In this document: one piece after another, positions 8,835-12,591 of the stretch
Numbering within the stretch: the first letter of the stretch is position 1
Layout of the letters: each line of letters opens with the position of its first letter
Assembly (NCBI GenBank): GCA_001192655.1
Contig: BBVC01000070.1
Span: forward strand, 1 to 12,591
Direction of reading: 5' to 3'
DNA length: 12,591 nt
From: Caedimonas varicaedens
GTDB taxonomy: Bacteria > Pseudomonadota > Alphaproteobacteria > Caedimonadales > Caedimonadaceae
Notes under the pieces: model-generated
Told to the model about the DNA's origin: nothing
The model's input: the letters and a program-made list of their open reading frames with translations, nothing else
Databases searched by the model: none
Position numbers and translations under genes: made by a program

Positions 8835-9662
8835 ATGATGATACCTTTTGTAAAAATGCACGGCTTGGGCAATGATTTCGTGATTCTGGATCAACGAAAT
8901 AACCCTCACGCTTTTGACAGTCAGGCGATCCGGAAGATAAGCGATCGACGCTTTGGTATTGGGTGCGACCAATTGATCACTCTTGAGGTCAGCAACCAAA
9001 ATCAGGCTGACATCTTTATGAAAATCTATAATGCCGATGGCAATGAAGTCGGCGCTTGTGGAAATGCAACACGCTGCGTCGCTTTTCTGTTAAAAGAAGA
9101 AGACGGTAAAGCCCACCACACCATTCAAACAAAAGCGGGCTTTTTATCTGCTGAAGCCCTGAATGATACTCAAGTTACCGTAGATTTGGGAGCACCACAC
9201 TTTCAATGGCAAGACATCCCCCTTTCCCAGGAAATGGACACTCTTCATATGCCTATCACTTTTGAAGGGCTGAAGGATCCGGCTACCCTGAGCGTTGGCA
9301 ATCCTCATTTGATCTTTTTTGTCTATGATGTAGAAAGTATCGATCTTGTTCATGCAGGAGAAAATCTGACGCATCATCCTTTTTTTCCAGAGGGAACCAA
9401 CGTAGAAATAGTCGAAAAAGTGGACGACCACACCCTTCGAATGCGTGTGTATGAACGCGGCGTGGGTATTACACATGCTTGTGGGACGGGCGCCGCGGCA
9501 AGTGTTGTTGCCGCCAAAAAGCGTGGGATCATCCAGACCCCGGCAAAAGTGATTCTGGAGGGGGGCGAGCTGATGGTTGACTATCAGCAAACTGTCAAAA
9601 TCACAGGTCAAGTGACGCTCAGTTTTCGCGGTTCTCTTAATCCTCATATTTTTCGGACATAA
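8835..9662 (+). CDS. dapF: Diaminopimelate epimerase
   Basis: The 275-aa ORF has the N-terminal KMHGLGNDFVILD. Both catalytic cysteines sit in their conserved contexts, GNATRCV and HACGTGAAAS. The start could be ATG 8835 or ATG 8838. Confidence 0.93.
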   Translation: MMIPFVKMHGLGNDFVILDQRNNPHAFDSQAIRKISDRRFGIGCDQLITLEVSNQNQADIFMKIYNADGNEVGACGNATRCVAFLLKEEDGKAHHTIQTKAGFLSAEALNDTQVTVDLGAPHFQWQDIPLSQEMDTLHMPITFEGLKDPATLSVGNPHLIFFVYDVESIDLVHAGENLTHHPFFPEGTNVEIVEKVDDHTLRMRVYERGVGITHACGTGAAASVVAAKKRGIIQTPAKVILEGGELMVDYQQTVKITGQVTLSFRGSLNPHIFRT

Positions 9663-9664
9663 AG

Positions 9665-10945
9665 ATGGCTTCTTCTGCGCCAAGCACTGATCCACAAGTG
9701 ATCACTTTTGGTTGTCGACTTAATAGCTATGAATCGGAAGTCATGCGTGACCACGCCCGCTCACAAGGGCTTCAGGACGCTATCATTATTAATACCTGCG
9801 CTGTAACAGCGGAAGCTGAACGTCAGGCACGTCAAAGTATCCGGCGCCTGAGACGCGAAAACCCCTCTGCCCTGATTATTGTCACGGGATGCAGCGTCCA
9901 GACAAACACCGAACTTTATGCCAACATGCCTGAAATTGACCGTATTCTGGGCAATCATGAAAAAATGCAGCGCGAATGGTTCTCCCCTCACCTTCCTGAC
10001 CGCGTTCATGTCACCGACATCATGACCATTCGGGAAACAGCCCATCATCTTATTACAGGATTTGAAAATCATGTTCGTGCCTTCATTCAGATCCAGAATG
10101 GTTGTGATCACCGCTGTACTTTTTGCAAGATCCCTTTCGGACGTGGCAATAACCGCAGCGTTCCCATCGGAGAAATTGTCGCACAAATCCGTGCTCTGGT
10201 AGAACAGGGGTGCCGTGAAATTGTCTTTACAGGCGTTGATATTACAGGCTATGGCCCTGATTTGCCGGGGAAACCCACTCTGGGACAAATGACTCGTCGT
10301 GTTTTGAATTTAATTCCTGATCTGCCACGCTTGCGTCTTTCTTCTATTGATCCCATAGAGGTCGAGAAAGATCTGATGGAATTGATTGTCCACGAACCCC
10401 GTCTTATGCCGCATCTGCACCTCAGTCTTCAATCCGGCGATAATATGATTTTAAAAAGAATGAAACGCCGACATTCAAGAGAAGACGCTATTGATTTTTG
10501 CAGACGCGTTATAAAAGCCAGACCCGAAATTATTTTTGGCGCTGACTTCATTGCTGGTTTTCCTACAGAAACCCCTGAAATGTTTGAAAATACACTGAGA
10601 ATCGTTGAGGAATGCCAGCTTACACATCTCCATGTTTTTCCTTATTCTCCTCGTCAGGGAACACCTGCAGCCCGTATGCCCCAGGTCGAGAAAGTACTTG
10701 TCAAGGAACGGGCTCAACAGTTGCGAACGCTGGGTGAGAAAAAGCTTTCCCAGTACCTGCACTATTGTACCGGTCAACAACGCTCAGTCCTTGTCGAGCG
10801 TAACGCCAGAGGACATACGGAACACTTCACGCCTGTAAAATTCGAGACCCCCGATGAAAAAATGGACTCTCTTTTGGGAAAAATTATCCCCGTCACAGTT
10901 CTAGGCGTTGAGGGAAAAAACCTGGTTGTCAAAAGGAATGACTGA
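9665..10945 (+). CDS. mtaB: tRNA (t6A37) methylthiotransferase, MtaB type (radical SAM MTTase)
   Basis: The N-terminal MTTase domain has three cysteines (FGCRLNSYES, NTCAVT, VTGCSV). The radical-SAM motif is CDHRCTFC, and a TRAM-like region follows at the C-terminus. The GCRLNxYES start and the ~426-aa length favour MtaB over MiaB or RimO. The gene starts 2 nt after the dapF stop. Confidence 0.82.
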   Translation: MASSAPSTDPQVITFGCRLNSYESEVMRDHARSQGLQDAIIINTCAVTAEAERQARQSIRRLRRENPSALIIVTGCSVQTNTELYANMPEIDRILGNHEKMQREWFSPHLPDRVHVTDIMTIRETAHHLITGFENHVRAFIQIQNGCDHRCTFCKIPFGRGNNRSVPIGEIVAQIRALVEQGCREIVFTGVDITGYGPDLPGKPTLGQMTRRVLNLIPDLPRLRLSSIDPIEVEKDLMELIVHEPRLMPHLHLSLQSGDNMILKRMKRRHSREDAIDFCRRVIKARPEIIFGADFIAGFPTETPEMFENTLRIVEECQLTHLHVFPYSPRQGTPAARMPQVEKVLVKERAQQLRTLGEKKLSQYLHYCTGQQRSVLVERNARGHTEHFTPVKFETPDEKMDSLLGKIIPVTVLGVEGKNLVVKRND

Positions 10946-11582
10946 AAAAACTTCCCCCCGCTTCTATGGTCGTCGCAAGGGACGCCCCTTGCGCAAACAA
11001 AGAACTCGACTTATGCAAGAGCTGCTTCCCCGGGTTGTTATTCATGAACCTGCTTCCCTTGATTTATCAAAAGAAATATGGCTTGAAATTGGTTTTGGCG
11101 GTGGTGAACATCTGGCAGAAATAGCTGCGGAAAATCCGCATATTCAACTTATCGGTTGTGAAGTTTTTGAAAACGGCATTGCTTCTCTGCTTCAGAGCAT
11201 AGAAGAGAAAGAACTTCACAACATCCTTATTTATCCGGAAGATGCAAGAACTTTTCTCAAAGAACTGCCTTCTCCCTGCATCAGTAAAGTATTTATAATG
11301 TTTCCTGATCCGTGGCCAAAGAAAAAGCATTACAAAAGACGTTTAGTCAACAGCGTTTTTCTCGATGGTATTTTGAGAATGATGAGGATATCCGCAGAAT
11401 TCCGTTTTGCCAGTGATCATCAGGATTATGTGCAGGAAGTTTTTGACCTACTCCAAGGGAAAAATTTCTTTCCCTCTCTCAGGATTTTCGATGTAAAACC
11501 TGCCGATTGGCCTTTGACATCCTATAACCAAAAGGCTGTCCGGTCAGGAACAGCCAGTTGGTATCTGAAAGCACAAAGATAA
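10938..11582 (+). CDS. trmB: tRNA (guanine46-N7)-methyltransferase
   Basis: The protein has the SAM-binding EIGFGGGEH and the family motif FPDPWPKKKHYKRR. I chose ATG 10938 (MTEKTSPRFYGRRKGRPL). It overlaps the mtaB stop by 8 nt (ATGACTGA). The supplied ORF starts at an upstream TTG (10908), which I consider less likely. Confidence 0.9.
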   Translation: MTEKTSPRFYGRRKGRPLRKQRTRLMQELLPRVVIHEPASLDLSKEIWLEIGFGGGEHLAEIAAENPHIQLIGCEVFENGIASLLQSIEEKELHNILIYPEDARTFLKELPSPCISKVFIMFPDPWPKKKHYKRRLVNSVFLDGILRMMRISAEFRFASDHQDYVQEVFDLLQGKNFFPSLRIFDVKPADWPLTSYNQKAVRSGTASWYLKAQR

Positions 11583-11591
11583 TTGATCTGA

Positions 11592-11612
11592 TTAACCGAC
11601 AGCGACGGTTAA
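11592..11612. terminator. Perfect 7-bp hairpin at the convergent trmB/RTX gene ends
   Basis: TTAACCG (11592-11598) and CGGTTAA (11606-11612) form a perfect inverted repeat around the 7-nt loop ACAGCGA. It covers the stop codon and last six codons of the minus-strand gene and begins 9 nt after the trmB stop. No U-tract follows on either strand, so terminator function is uncertain. Confidence 0.3.
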
Positions 11613-12591
11613 ATGGTAGTTTCCGTCGAAAACAGCAACCAGGTCATTGGTATGAATACCCTGTAGAACAGCAAGCGGCGTAAACGGATTAGGACCGGCC
11701 CCGTCTGGGTCTATACTCAATGTAGTGACACCGGAAACTTCCTTAATATGAACAAAACTGTCAATAAGATTTAGTCCTGGTATATAACCAGCTGCTTTAA
11801 GGTATTGAGAAACATCTATAATATCCGGATCAGTAGAGCCTATTTTTCCAAAGTCACTAATTGTATCAATGAGTGAACCAGACTCTGAAGGATCAAAATA
11901 GAAAACGTCCTTTCCTGTACCGCCTATAAGTGTATCACCACTTAAGCCACCCGATAAAAAGTCATCACCTGCGCCGCCAATCAGGATATCGCTTCCTGCT
12001 CCTCCATAAAGTGTATCATTTCCATCTCCTGCATTAAGGATATCATTACCCCCCTGACCCAATAACAGATCATGACCTGCTCCTCCATTTATTGTACTGG
12101 GACCATTACCATCCTTAATAATGTCATCTCCATCCCCTGCATTATAGGTGTGGTTTGTTAGAGAAGAATCTGTCAAGTGTAGATAATCATTTCCTGAGGT
12201 TCCAGTAAAAACATTTTCAGCGGTCATCTGAGTAACAATAAAAGGAGCTGAAACAGTGGCGCTTGCTTGGCCATCTTCGTCAAAAGCTTGCAATGAAAAT
12301 GTGCGAGTCCCGAAAGCATGATCAGGATCGGTAAAGAAAAGATTATTATGCAAGTGCAAATTATCAACGATATCTTGATAATGAGCGTGTGTGTCTAAGC
12401 CTTTGATTTCCAACTGATTAGAACCGCTGGTAAGGTCTGTTCCCAACCCTTTGATTGACAAAGCCGTATAGCCGGGCGTTGTAATCGCATAAAATCCCTG
12501 AGGGTCTGCGGTCGAGCTTACCGCAAAGTTTTGCAGTACCAGATTATCACCTGAAACACCACCAGCACTTATATCTATAGCTAACAACATA
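11592..12591 (-). CDS. RTX-family calcium-binding repeat protein, type I secretion substrate (5'-truncated by the window edge)
   Basis: The ORF is open to the right edge, and the ATG at 12590 is probably an internal Met. The visible 332 aa have three parts. The first is a beta-rich adhesin or cadherin-like segment (...TRTFSLQAFDEDGQASATVSAPFIV). The second is a block of GGxGxDxLx nonapeptides. The third is a C-terminal ~100 aa (ISDFGKIGSTDPDIIDVSQYL...TTLSIDPDGAGPNPFTPLAVLQG) resembling the VC_A0849-type T1SS C-terminal target domain. The stop is TAA at 11592-11594. Confidence 0.85.
   Translation of the reverse strand, partial: MLLAIDISAGGVSGDNLVLQNFAVSSTADPQGFYAITTPGYTALSIKGLGTDLTSGSNQLEIKGLDTHAHYQDIVDNLHLHNNLFFTDPDHAFGTRTFSLQAFDEDGQASATVSAPFIVTQMTAENVFTGTSGNDYLHLTDSSLTNHTYNAGDGDDIIKDGNGPSTINGGAGHDLLLGQGGNDILNAGDGNDTLYGGAGSDILIGGAGDDFLSGGLSGDTLIGGTGKDVFYFDPSESGSLIDTISDFGKIGSTDPDIIDVSQYLKAAGYIPGLNLIDSFVHIKEVSGVTTLSIDPDGAGPNPFTPLAVLQGIHTNDLVAVFDGNYHLTVAVG
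11898..12086 (-). repeat. Seven tandem RTX nonapeptide repeats (coding repeat inside the RTX gene)
   Basis: The translated repeats are GGAGHDLLL GQGGNDILN AGDGNDTLY GGAGSDILI GGAGDDFLS GGLSGDTLI GGTGKDVFY (aa 169-231 of the visible ORF). Degenerate copies (GTSGNDYLH, AGDGDDIIK) extend the block upstream to about 12206. Confidence 0.85.

Noticed and set aside
9144-9695. A 183-aa minus-strand ORF lies antisense to dapF. Similar long antisense ORFs occur at 9761..10288, 2441..2863, 4264..4620, 431..808 and 457..837.
   Set aside because: All lie completely inside strongly conserved genes on the other strand or in another frame. They have junk-like composition and no motifs. They are typical shadow ORFs of mid-GC coding DNA.
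1-12591. I searched for CRISPR arrays, tRNA or rRNA genes, IS or transposon ends, integrases, toxin-antitoxin pairs and defence-system gene clusters.
   Set aside because: I found no direct-repeat/spacer periodicity and no tRNA-like T-loop or acceptor patterns in the four spacers longer than 90 bp. Every ORF over 60 aa not listed as a feature is a shadow of a conserved gene. Nothing supports a hidden multi-gene system.

Overview
The window is densely coding and looks like a bacterial chromosomal segment, probably alphaproteobacterial. That assignment rests on gene content and protein signatures only, such as dapF next to mtaB and a TrmB with an FYGRRKGRPL-type leader. I support twelve protein-coding genes, one of them cut by the window edge. 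Nine are well-conserved housekeeping genes: aspS(-), rnd(+), murA(-), dcd(-), dapF(+), mtaB(+), trmB(+) and an ABC permease/ATPase pair(+). The less ordinary content is in three places. The first is a lower-GC FkbM-family methyltransferase wedged between rnd and the ABC pair. The second is a PldB-like alpha/beta hydrolase behind a very AT-rich spacer. The third is the 3' part of a large RTX-type, type I-secreted, calcium-binding repeat protein running off the right edge. I found no rRNA or tRNA genes, CRISPR array, transposase, integrase, IS termini or long repeats. Genes are tightly packed, with overlaps of 4, 8 and 8 nt, one 2-nt gap and one 9-nt convergent gap. I see no convincing evidence for a novel multi-gene system such as a defence island. 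The best follow-up candidates are the FkbM plus binding-protein-less ABC arrangement and the truncated RTX protein, and both are modest. Functional calls come from motifs I recognise in the supplied translations, not from database searches.
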